Positions 40,743 through 50,400 of a stretch of 64,000 bases of DNA are shown here, one piece after another (position 1 is the first letter of the stretch; each line of letters opens with the position of its first letter). The notes under the pieces were generated by a model. That model saw only the letters and a program-made list of their open reading frames with translations, searched no databases and was not told the origin of the DNA. The translations under genes and the position numbers were made by a program. The stretch lies in NCBI GenBank assembly GCA_020697715.1, contig JAEHCO010000006.1:1-64000 (forward strand), given 5' to 3'. The DNA comes from Methanobacteriota archaeon. Lineage in GTDB: Archaea; Thermoplasmatota; Thermoplasmata; SG8-5; JAGLSY01.

Positions 40743-41786
40743 TCAGGCGATCATGGGTATCGCATATTGGATCGTCGTCTGCTCGGACTGCATGCTCATA
40801 TATGGGTCTGAGAATTCCACACCATTTACCACGGACATTATCTTGATCTCTCCATGATAATCATCATCTATCCTGGCACCGAATATCACATTGGCATCTG
40901 GTCCCATGAAATCAGTCATTCCACTGATTATCTCATTGGTCTGAGCCACTGTCAGATCTGGTCCAGAGGTTATGTGAATGAAGGTACTGGAGGCACCGGA
41001 ATAATCCACATTGAGAAGAGGATTGCCCAATGCTTCCGCGATCACAGCCTGTGGATCGTGAGAGGAGTTCTCCGCATAGAGAATGGTGGACGTTCCACCG
41101 CCGCTCATGACCGTACGAAGATCTGCAAAGTCCAGATTTATCATGGAGGGTTTGAGAATGGCGTCGCTTATGCTCTTTATGACCTCGGAGATAAGCTGAT
41201 CCATGACACTGAATGCCTGACCAATTGGTAAGGAAGGCACCATTGTCAATAATCTATTATTATCCATAATGATCGTACTATCAGTAGCTTTTTTCAGCTT
41301 ATCAATGCCGATCATGGCCTTCTGCCTTCGACCCTTTTCAGCATCGAAAGGTGTTGTCACCATGCCGATAACTACTGATCCTAATTCTTTCGCGATTTCT
41401 GCTACAACTGGTGCTGAGCCTGTGCCTGTGCCACCGCCCATACCTGCTGTAATGAAAGTTATGTCCGCTCCGGAGAGAAGTGATCTAATTTCTTCTCTCG
41501 CTTCTTCTGCACAATACTCACCAACCTCTGGGTGTCCACCTGCGCCTCGGCCCTTCGTGGTCTTGCGACCAATGAGGAGCTTCTTATCAGCGATGATGGT
41601 CTTGAGGTGCGCCTCATCGGTGTTGATAGCAATGGTCTCGGCTCCATGAACACCAAGACGTCCCAGTCTATCCAGACTGTTATTGCCACCACCACCGCAG
41701 CCAACCACGACTATCCTGGGGTCAGCTATGAGTTGCTCCATCGGCGAGGAGTACTGCAATGCATCGTCTACTATTTTTAATCCCAT
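40743..41786 (-). CDS. ftsZ: Cell division protein FtsZ (FtsZ2-type by context)
   Basis: VVGCGGGGNN, INTD, GMGGGTGTG, INLDFADL; likely start ATG 41786. Confidence 0.95.
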   Translation of the reverse strand: MGLKIVDDALQYSSPMEQLIADPRIVVVGCGGGGNNSLDRLGRLGVHGAETIAINTDEAHLKTIIADKKLLIGRKTTKGRGAGGHPEVGEYCAEEAREEIRSLLSGADITFITAGMGGGTGTGSAPVVAEIAKELGSVVIGMVTTPFDAEKGRRQKAMIGIDKLKKATDSTIIMDNNRLLTMVPSLPIGQAFSVMDQLISEVIKSISDAILKPSMINLDFADLRTVMSGGGTSTILYAENSSHDPQAVIAEALGNPLLNVDYSGASSTFIHITSGPDLTVAQTNEIISGMTDFMGPDANVIFGARIDDDYHGEIKIMSVVNGVEFSDPYMSMQSEQTTIQYAIPMIA

Positions 41787-41832
41787 GTTTATCCATCCTG
41801 TTTGGAGCAGTATTACTGTAAATAATGCATTA

Positions 41833-42183
41833 TCTAATCGCCCTCGTATCACTAGCGATTAGATGAACTAACACGTCCCAGTTCATATATCTGGTAAGTG
41901 TTTGTTCATGAAGAGGTGTACTGCTCCGTAGCACCTTTTCGTGCATCCCATTCGAGAAATCCTTGTGCGGGCCTTTGGCGGCCCTCGATAAGGTATCCTG
42001 AGTGGAGCCATAACTCCACCTGGACATTTCTCGTCCCTAATCCAATACCCTATCCCTATGGTATTGGATCCTGACAAGACCATGTTCCCTTCGCCTATTT
42101 TCTAATCGCCTCCGTTCTTAATATCGCTAGCGATTAGTTGAACATACACTTGCCAGTTCATATATCTAGCAAGTGTTTGTTCA
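41833..42183. repeat. Two ~80-bp direct repeats flanking a hairpin-rich segment between cdrS and ftsZ
   Basis: tctaatcgcc..ctagcgattag.tgaac..acac..ccagttcatatatct.g.aagtgtttgttca at 41833-41908 and 42101-42183. Confidence 0.88.
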
Positions 42184-42504
42184 AGGTTCCTGTGAATCCT
42201 GCTCCAGGGTCCTTTTTAGCTTCATGCGCACGTAATCTCGCACGGCATTTCGGACCGCGTCGTCGACGGAGATAGCGTCTCCATCGTGAACGAGCTCTTC
42301 GAGCTTGACCACATTTCCCTTTGGCAATTCAACCGTCATACGGGTGATGTGCTCCGGTGTGATATGCGTTTCAACGAATTCATCGATGGCGGCCCGGACC
42401 ACGTCGGATATATTGGTGTACTGGCCCTTGTCAATTAGTATCTGGAGGGCTTCTAATTTATCCACGGGTATCCTGACTGTCACTCTCTCTGATTCTTTTG
42501 CCAT
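42181..42504 (-). CDS. cdrS: Ribbon-helix-helix regulator, CdrS-like, with two tandem RHH units
   Basis: ERVTVRIP...GQYTNISDVVRAAI, then RMTVELP...SVDDAVRNAV; lies upstream of ftsZ as in the euryarchaeal cdrS-ftsZ2 arrangement. Confidence 0.8.
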   Translation of the reverse strand: MAKESERVTVRIPVDKLEALQILIDKGQYTNISDVVRAAIDEFVETHITPEHITRMTVELPKGNVVKLEELVHDGDAISVDDAVRNAVRDYVRMKLKRTLEQDSQEP

Positions 42505-42526
42505 GATCGCACCTAGTTTTTCGCCT

Positions 42527-42583
42527 TGTCAGACAGATTTATCGTTTCTGTCCGACAGGTATATGACAAAGAAAGTATATAAA
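42527..42583 (-). promoter_or_regulatory. cdrS promoter with an inverted-repeat operator candidate
   Basis: Minus-strand TTTATATA at ~42576-42583. IR tgtcagacaga (42527-42537) / tctgtccgaca (42547-42557), 10/11 match. Confidence 0.55.
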
Positions 42584-42685
42584 CCCTTCGATAAAAGTGC
42601 ATTGTTAAGTTATTGTTGTACGAAACCTCTATAAGGGCAATGAGTGATTCACCTGTACGATCAAATAAAAGTGAGGGTGAAAAAT

Positions 42686-43063
42686 ATGGGTTTATTAGAC
42701 GCAGTATTAGGAAATGCAGGGGTTGTTAACTCCCAGGAGTTAACAAGCGAATACGGAACATTATTGACTGAAGGAGAGATAATTGAAGTTGGATTCAAAG
42801 TGATCAGAGATACTTTTATTTTCACTAATAAAAGGATGATCCTTGTTGATAAGCAAGGGATCACGGGCAAAAAAACAGAGTACAAATCGATCTTGTACAA
42901 AAGCATCTCGAGGTTCAGCATTGAAACCGCAGGAACATTCGATATGGATGCCGAGCTGAAGATATGGATATCAAGCGAGACAATACCATCCATAGTCAAG
43001 ACCTTCAATAAAAAGGTCAATATCTACGACTTGCAAAAAGTGTTGGCAAATCATCTATTGTAA
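42686..43063 (+). CDS. Bacterial-type PH-domain protein (YvbH/DUF1696-like)
   Basis: RDTFIFTNKRMILVDKQGITGKK..FSIETAGTFDMDAEL. Confidence 0.88.
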   Translation: MGLLDAVLGNAGVVNSQELTSEYGTLLTEGEIIEVGFKVIRDTFIFTNKRMILVDKQGITGKKTEYKSILYKSISRFSIETAGTFDMDAELKIWISSETIPSIVKTFNKKVNIYDLQKVLANHLL

Positions 43064-43385
43064 GTTACCAGTCTCTAAATAGGCTTGATCAGGTCAAATC
43101 CTAATGTATATTTTAGATATGCACAAGAAGCTGGCATTCCTGTTTCGGGATCTGTATCAGATACAAGATCCCGCTCATCATACGAATTGAGTACGATATC
43201 AGTTAGATATGTAGGGTTTATACATATATACATAAACCTTTTAATAACAAGTATAAATAGTTTTAAGTATAACTTCAATAATTGGTATATTGGATGGGTT
43301 TTGCACTCATATTGAATGGGTCCATGCTCATATAATGATATGAGAAAGTGCGCTGGAGAAGGCGGACTATGACTCAAAAACAAGG

Positions 43386-45479
43386 GTGATGAAGATGAGA
43401 AAAATATTTGCGATCGCATTAGGAATGGTGATGTTATTGTCTATAACATCAATATTTGTAGTTGGTGACACCGAGCCAAATGATAGCTTCGCGGAAGCTG
43501 ACTACACCTATGATGGCGACATAATAAGTGGGACATTGAATGAATTTACAGATGAATATGACTATTACAGGATGTGGCTGACAGCGGATAATACCGTCAG
43601 TATCACCATGTCCAGTTATGCAGATGATTTCGATATGGAACTCTATGATAGTGACATGGATTTCTCAATTGATGAATCTACAGATTGGGATTCGAATGAA
43701 TTGATCATCTATACAGTATCTACAAGTGGATATTATTACTTAGAGGTCTATGCAGTTAGTGGCTCTGGCAGTTACACACTTTACATAAATGTGGAATCAG
43801 CTGCCTCGGATGATGGTAATGACGACTTCTGGGAAGCGGATTACACCTATGATGGAGACACGATCTACGGATTATTGGATCAAAGCTCTGACTATGCGGA
43901 TTATTATCGACTATGGGTGAGTGAGGATGAGACCATCACTGTCACCATGACAGGCACAGGGGATGACTTTGACATATTCCTGTATGATTACATGGAGAAC
44001 AATGTCGATTATTCTGATAATAGTGGCACCTCCACCGAAGAGATAATCTACAAGGTTTTGTCAAGTGGTAATTACTACATAGAGGTCGTTGCATCGTCAG
44101 GAGATGGTGATTACACATTGAATGTAGATGCTGCTTATGATCTAAGTGCCACTGGCTCCGGTCCAGCTGCCGATGTTCCAGATTGGAACGTGGGCCAGGA
44201 ATGGGCCTTTGGAAACGTAGTGGATATAGAAAAGGTTCTGAATCCATATATTGAGGACACACTGACCCAATTGGATGCATTCGGCTTCGAGACCGTCTTT
44301 GATATAAATGGAGGAGCGGGATTACTATTTGGAATAGAAGTAACGGATGACAGCACCATGGTCAATGGAGAAGAGTGCTATGATACAACTGTGAACGCGG
44401 CTGTAGCCATTGACTTCGACATGGAGGCTTCTGTTGATGGAGCCACATCATTATTCGGCCCAAGGATCATCGCGGAAGGTGAAGGTACCGCATCCGGAGA
44501 AGGAGAGATCGTCGTAGCAGGAAACGTATACTTCACAAAAGACAAGCTGGCAATAGCAAAGATCGACCTTAAGATATCAGCTGAGATCGTTGCAGAGGCT
44601 TACATGGATGCTACCGTGACAGTCGATGGAGATACAGAGTTCATCGAATTTGATGCAGAGTTCTCTGCCGAAGATGTTGAGGTCAATTTGAAAATGAACT
44701 TTGATCCGCCAATAGACCTGTTCGACTTCCCTATAATGGAGGGTGATGTCTGGTATGTGCCTCATACAGGAACAGACACATGGGGAAGCGTAACCGCATC
44801 TGGTGTCGTTAGGATGGACGTGTCCGGAAATGGACCAGATGGAGCAGTCATTAACGAGAGAGAGGTCGAATACCTGAATGACCTGAATGATGGTAACTTC
44901 GAAAGCTACATAGATGGTGGACCAGGACGATATGGTGGAGGCACCTTGTTCGAATGTACTGATCTTACTGGCGATGTTTACACTATCGAATATTACAATG
45001 ACAACTCCATGGACATATTTGGAACCAGGCAAGACACTGGCATTATGAACACATTGAGCACTATCCAGGACTCGACAGCAGGTGTTCAGTTCGATGCTTC
45101 TTCCGGATTCGTAACCGGTATAACGGTCAATGGAGACACTATAACGGATACCGCGACAATGGATGAGGTAGAGGACTTCACAGCAGATCCACAGGGAGAG
45201 GTCGATGAGGTCATTGACGGCGGCAGTGGAGCATTCGGCATACTTCTGATAATCATCATAGTCGTTGTCGTTGCAGTTGTCATGATGGTGGTCATAATGA
45301 ACAAGAAGAAATCAAAACAGCCACCACAACATCATCAGCCACAGCCATACGGTGGGCAACAAAGCCATCAGCCTTATGATGGTCACCAGCAGCCACCACC
45401 ACCGCCACAGCACACTCCTGAGCAATACCCGCCTCAGGAAAATCATCAGCAACCACCACCACCGCCACCACAATATTGA
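43386..45479 (+). CDS. Surface protein with two PPC-like domains, C-terminal TM and Gln/Pro-rich tail
   Basis: Signal peptide, EPNDSF..DYY..DFDMELYD..GYYYLEV repeated, TM, QPPPPPQ tail. Confidence 0.82.
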   Translation: MMKMRKIFAIALGMVMLLSITSIFVVGDTEPNDSFAEADYTYDGDIISGTLNEFTDEYDYYRMWLTADNTVSITMSSYADDFDMELYDSDMDFSIDESTDWDSNELIIYTVSTSGYYYLEVYAVSGSGSYTLYINVESAASDDGNDDFWEADYTYDGDTIYGLLDQSSDYADYYRLWVSEDETITVTMTGTGDDFDIFLYDYMENNVDYSDNSGTSTEEIIYKVLSSGNYYIEVVASSGDGDYTLNVDAAYDLSATGSGPAADVPDWNVGQEWAFGNVVDIEKVLNPYIEDTLTQLDAFGFETVFDINGGAGLLFGIEVTDDSTMVNGEECYDTTVNAAVAIDFDMEASVDGATSLFGPRIIAEGEGTASGEGEIVVAGNVYFTKDKLAIAKIDLKISAEIVAEAYMDATVTVDGDTEFIEFDAEFSAEDVEVNLKMNFDPPIDLFDFPIMEGDVWYVPHTGTDTWGSVTASGVVRMDVSGNGPDGAVINEREVEYLNDLNDGNFESYIDGGPGRYGGGTLFECTDLTGDVYTIEYYNDNSMDIFGTRQDTGIMNTLSTIQDSTAGVQFDASSGFVTGITVNGDTITDTATMDEVEDFTADPQGEVDEVIDGGSGAFGILLIIIIVVVVAVVMMVVIMNKKKSKQPPQHHQPQPYGGQQSHQPYDGHQQPPPPPQHTPEQYPPQENHQQPPPPPPQY

Positions 45480-45529
45480 GTTGCGGTACAGCAACTCCTG
45501 ATGAGCCAGCGGTAATGGATAAATAAAAT

Positions 45530-45572
45530 ATCTGAGTGCGCGAAAAACGCACTCAGATCCCTTTTTACTTTT
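45530..45572 (+). terminator. Hairpin plus T-tract terminator
   Basis: atctgagtgcg/cgcactcagat 11-bp stem followed by ccctttttactttt. Confidence 0.7.
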
Positions 45573-45657
45573 ATTGGAATTGTGATCATTATACATTATT
45601 CATATTATGTTCAGATATCTAACATGTTTTTAATAATTTAATGCAATAGGACTCCCT

Positions 45658-47229
45658 GTGTTAATCTCCATTCTTGACGGATATACAGATGAACCTTCGA
45701 GGCTGGGAGTTCCTCCCTTCATAGCAGGATATCCAAGATACATCGCGGGTGCTGTGATATCAGCTGGCCATGATGTAGAATACATCACCATCGATCAGTT
45801 GAGAAAGGGTCGTACACCTTCATCAGAACTGCTTTTCATAATATCAAATGCGAATGTCCCGGGCAAGTATCTCAGAGGAACACCAATATCAGAAAGAGAG
45901 CTATTGCAGATAAGAAAAGACTTCAAAGGCCAGGTCCATGTATGGAGTTCCTTGGATGCAAAGGGCGACCCAGATGCCTTGGCCTATGACATTCTCACGA
46001 ATGAATATGAAAAACCAAGAAGAAGAACATTAAAGGAATGGAAGAATTGGTCCGAAGCAGGAGCCAGTATGTTAGAACAGCATCCTGATTTCCCCCAGCC
46101 CGCGATCATGGAGATGGATATGTCCTTCGGATGTCCGAGATATGTAACTGGAGGATGTAGTTTCTGCCCGGAGATCGGATTTGGCCAGCCTGTTTTCAGA
46201 CCAATAGCGGATATAATATCCGAGATGCAAGCACTCGTCAAACAAGGAGCTACCAATTTCAGGTTGGGTGGCCAGTCCTGCCTTTTCACCTATATGACGG
46301 AAGAGCTGGGTGAGGATGCCCCGAGGCCGAATGTCAAGGCACTGAAGGAATTATTCGAAAAGATCGGCCAGCTTGATGGCATCGAGATCCTGCATACTGA
46401 CAATGCCAACCCGGGAATCATGGCCAGCCATCCGGAAGACACGAGGGAGATCCTCGAATCCCTTGTCAAGGTATGTACTGGAGGAAATTTACTCTCAATG
46501 GGCATGGAAAGCGCAGATCCAGCAGTCATAAAGGCGAACAACCTCAATGCAACTCCTGACCAGGTCATGTCCGCGATCAGGATGGTAAATGATATCGGTG
46601 GCGAGAGGGCGGACAATGGAATGCCAAAACTGCTTCCGGGATTGAACCTTGTCGCGGGCCTTGAAGGCGAGACTGTAGATACCTTCGACCTGAACTTCAA
46701 ATTCCTCAAAGAGGTACTGGATGAGGGATTGATGTTGAGAAGGATCAATATAAGACAAGTGGCCTCCACAAGAAAGAATTTTGGGCCATCACGACTGAAA
46801 AAGGATTTTATCAGATTCAAGAACCTGGTGAGAGAGGAGATAGATGCCCCTATGTTGAAGAAAGTGATACCCACTGGCACGATATTGAGAAATGTCTACA
46901 TGGAGACCAATAGAGGCAAAAGGAGCTTTGGAAGGCAGATCGGGACTTATCCGATACTTGTTGGTATGGAGTATGAAGTGGAATTGGAAAGATCGTTAGA
47001 TCTCCGGATAGTATCACATGGACAGAGGAGCATCACCGGGATAGAACATCCCTTTGATATCAATAAGGCGAAAATGCAGGCACTTGCCTCACTGCCAGGC
47101 ATTGGGAAGAAAAGAGCGGCAAGGATAATCAGATCCAGACCATATGGTTCGATTGAAGAATTGGAAAAGGTAATAGAAGATCCTTTGGTGATGGAAGGTC
47201 TTGAGGCCTTAGGCCTTGTGTTCAGATAG
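45658..47229 (+). CDS. Archaeal radical SAM protein with C-terminal helix-hairpin-helix (COG1031-like)
   Basis: DGYTDEP..LGVPP, GCPRYVTGGCSFC, RRINIRQV, GRQIGTYP, LPGIGKKRA. Confidence 0.85.
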   Translation: MLISILDGYTDEPSRLGVPPFIAGYPRYIAGAVISAGHDVEYITIDQLRKGRTPSSELLFIISNANVPGKYLRGTPISERELLQIRKDFKGQVHVWSSLDAKGDPDALAYDILTNEYEKPRRRTLKEWKNWSEAGASMLEQHPDFPQPAIMEMDMSFGCPRYVTGGCSFCPEIGFGQPVFRPIADIISEMQALVKQGATNFRLGGQSCLFTYMTEELGEDAPRPNVKALKELFEKIGQLDGIEILHTDNANPGIMASHPEDTREILESLVKVCTGGNLLSMGMESADPAVIKANNLNATPDQVMSAIRMVNDIGGERADNGMPKLLPGLNLVAGLEGETVDTFDLNFKFLKEVLDEGLMLRRINIRQVASTRKNFGPSRLKKDFIRFKNLVREEIDAPMLKKVIPTGTILRNVYMETNRGKRSFGRQIGTYPILVGMEYEVELERSLDLRIVSHGQRSITGIEHPFDINKAKMQALASLPGIGKKRAARIIRSRPYGSIEELEKVIEDPLVMEGLEALGLVFR

Positions 47230-47277
47230 TATGCTGATTGATAGGCCAGAAGATGGCTTTAGATGATCTTTTCATCA

Positions 47278-47379
47278 TTACAATATATCAAAAACAAACA
47301 TTGCCGCCATCAGAAGCCCGAACATGAACAGTGGGAGACTATTCATCAATTTCTCGCCTATGACCTTCAGCTTTTTCAT
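47278..47379 (-). CDS. Putative 33-aa single-TM small protein (not in ORF track)
   Basis: MKKLKVIGEKLMNSLPLFMFGLLMAAMFVFDIL, downstream of and co-oriented with the giant gene. Confidence 0.45.
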   Translation of the reverse strand: MKKLKVIGEKLMNSLPLFMFGLLMAAMFVFDIL

Positions 47380-47444
47380 ATGGTCAAATGATGGAGGGTT
47401 CATGTTAATATATTGTGCGTTTTTATTATCATTTTTGGTTTCGT

Positions 47445-50400
47445 TCATTCATTCACTTCCTTTTTTTCCTTTCTTCTAAATCCTATAAATGTTATACCCA
47501 TTATCCCCAGAGCCAATGGCAATATGGATGAGAATTCCGGAATTATGACAACGGTTATGGTTGCGGAGTCCGATTGCTCAGCGAACTGGTATCCACCAGG
47601 TGATGTGTAGTTAAGGGAAGCCCAGTTCGTTATGGTGCCAGCAGGTGCGAGAGCATCCACCAGGACAGTGATCGTGAGGGAATTGACCGTGTTCTTTCTC
47701 ACATTGGGGAAATACCAGGAATAATCATCGACCACTATCGAATCAGGTGCCGAGCTGGAAGATACGTATGTCGTGCCAGCAGGTATGGTATCATTTATCC
47801 ACACATTGGCAGGTGCCCCGCCTGTATTGTTGTACCAGATGGTGTATACCACTTCTGTTCCAGGAGCGGCAGTGGTGGTGTTCGCCACCTTCACGATGGT
47901 GATATCAGGTCTCGCACATTCCGTGGATGCGCTATCTGAATCACTGCCATAAGGAACTCCTGCGGCATCTGTGAAGTCCACATCCACATTATTTACGAGG
48001 TTGGTACCATCAGCCACTGTGTCATCCACCTGGACCACGATGTCGAAGGTGATGGTGGTTCCGCCGGCCAGGTTCGTGAATGGATAGGTGTATGTCTGCC
48101 CATTTATAGTGGGGGATATACCACTTGTATCGCTTATGTAAGTGACACCAGTGGGCAGAGTGTCATTCAGCCAGACATACGCGGATGTTGCGGAATTCCT
48201 CTTATTCTCCAATGTGATGGTGTAGGAGATATAATCTCCAGGTTCGGCAGTCCGGAGATCCGCATCCTTAGAGACAGATACCTGAGGAACTGGAGGTGGT
48301 TTGGGCAATGGTACATCACCAGGAGGTGCGGAACGTGTCCCAGATGGCGCCTGAGCATTGTGAGACATCGTATCATCACTCTGATCTATCGAATGCTTCC
48401 AATCTGATATCTCGATGAATACCGAAAATTCATCCATGGAGTTCAGACCCATCATGGATAGAGGGATGCCCATTTCCATCCTGTGATAATCAAGATCAGA
48501 TGATATGGTCCCAATATATTCCCATGGTATGGAATTGGTTGGCAAGTATGTGAAAAGTTCACTGGATATGATCTTATTGTTTCTTCCGGCGATCAGAACC
48601 ATGTGATCCGCTCCCAAGATCCCACCTTTGTAATCACCTGTGCTTACATCGTTATCTGAGTCAATGAAGATGCTTAGATAGTCCTGTCCGATGATCTCCA
48701 CATGCCCTATTGGGCCGATATATCTACTTATGAAGTTCCCTGAATAATTTGGGTCAAAGTCCAAAGGTATGGTCGTATTCAACCACATATCTGGACCATC
48801 ATTATTGTAATCAATAACACCATCGCCATCAATATCCCCATTGGAATTCTGGTCATCTATGCCATCATTATTGAAATCATAGGCATAGCTTCCATTTGGT
48901 CCATCGATATTGTTAGGGACACCATCATTGTCAGAATCCGGCAGAGGTGCAGGTGTGATGGGTGACACATTGGTAACAGGCGCAATGCCTGGACGATATC
49001 TTATCGTCGGCACATCCATGCCTCCCATTGCCACCCCAGAAAGTGAAGTGTATATCAACAGGCGATCATCCACTGACATCCTGTAATCTCCTATATCGAC
49101 ATTACGATTGATACGGCTGGTGTTGGTGTCCGAGGCACCAACAACATCATTGGCTGCATCGATATTGCTTCCTATCCCAAGCCAATCTCCGAAAGCACCA
49201 TCAATTTCGATGTTCTCCGGATCTCCAATATTGTGAACTGCTCCTGAATTCTCAGCAATATGTACCTTGATACCATCTGGAACCAGAACATCAGTAAGAT
49301 AAACACCGACATTGGGGGCATCTGTGGATACAGGTATATCGAAGATCAGGAAGATGGATACCCGCTCTCCAGCCTCTATTGTCAAAGGCCTATCGAAATT
49401 AATAGTAAAATCACCACCATCACCTGTCATGGTGGTCTCCAATACCTGGTCACTGGAAGCATCGTATATCTGGTTGCCTTCATCCACAACCAGTCTGAGA
49501 CCTATCATTTCTTCATAACCAAGCTCTCCCCTGGAGCTGAATGCAAGGCCTTCGACATCCGAATCCAGACCAAAGCTCTCCAATAGTAAAAGGCTGGCAT
49601 CATGATCTCCAGGCTGAATTATATCGCTGTCAACAGCCTCGGACATGCTCGCTCTCAATGTTCCTCTCAGGGGCGAGATTACAGAATCGGATATATCAAA
49701 GTGCCCGAAGGAATCCTGCATCATGATAGCATAAGATGGCTGGGATGAGGGTGTCAGTTCATCAAGGATCACCCTTATCTCCATCTCATTATCATTGACA
49801 GCTGCATTTGCTTCATGGGAGTATTCAAATGCATTCCAATCATTATGATCCATATCATTATTGAACCTCTTCAGATCTATCTCGGATATTCTATTTCCCC
49901 ATCCTTGAACATCCAGAAGTACATCCGCACCCATATTGGATATCTCATATCCCGTGGACGTATCTGAGTCCGTGTCGATGAATATGAAAACAGAATCCAG
50001 ACCTCTAACAGAATCACTTGATGAACCTCCCAGAAGATCACCTTCGACCATGATGTAAAAGTACATGTTCGGAGGGCGGAAATTGACCCTTGTTTCAATG
50101 ATGTTCAGATCATCATTGGATATCTGGTCAATTGAAGAATCATGATAGGATGTGAATTCCCTCCACTCGGAGAAATCACCATCGATATCCATGCCATATG
50201 TGTCATCACCTATCATGGAATTGGTCAATATAGGAAGGAACAACATGATGAATATCAGAGCGGCCATCATGGTCACTCTCATCCTCCAAGCGGATGACGC
50301 ATTGGATTTGATGTTCTTACGGTGCGCCCTGCCCCGGTTATTTGCGAGAGCATCACCATTTATCAGACCCATGCCATTTACAAGACCATTGACACGACCA

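Noticed and set aside
41830-42083. 65-66 aa ORFs between cdrS and ftsZ
   Set aside because: No recognisable motif and they cross the repeat; hairpin density favours a non-coding role, though translation is not excluded
43075-43419. 114-aa minus-strand ORF and hairpin at ~43146-43173
   Set aside because: The ORF spans an AT-rich promoter region with no family signal; a single hairpin is not enough to call an RNA
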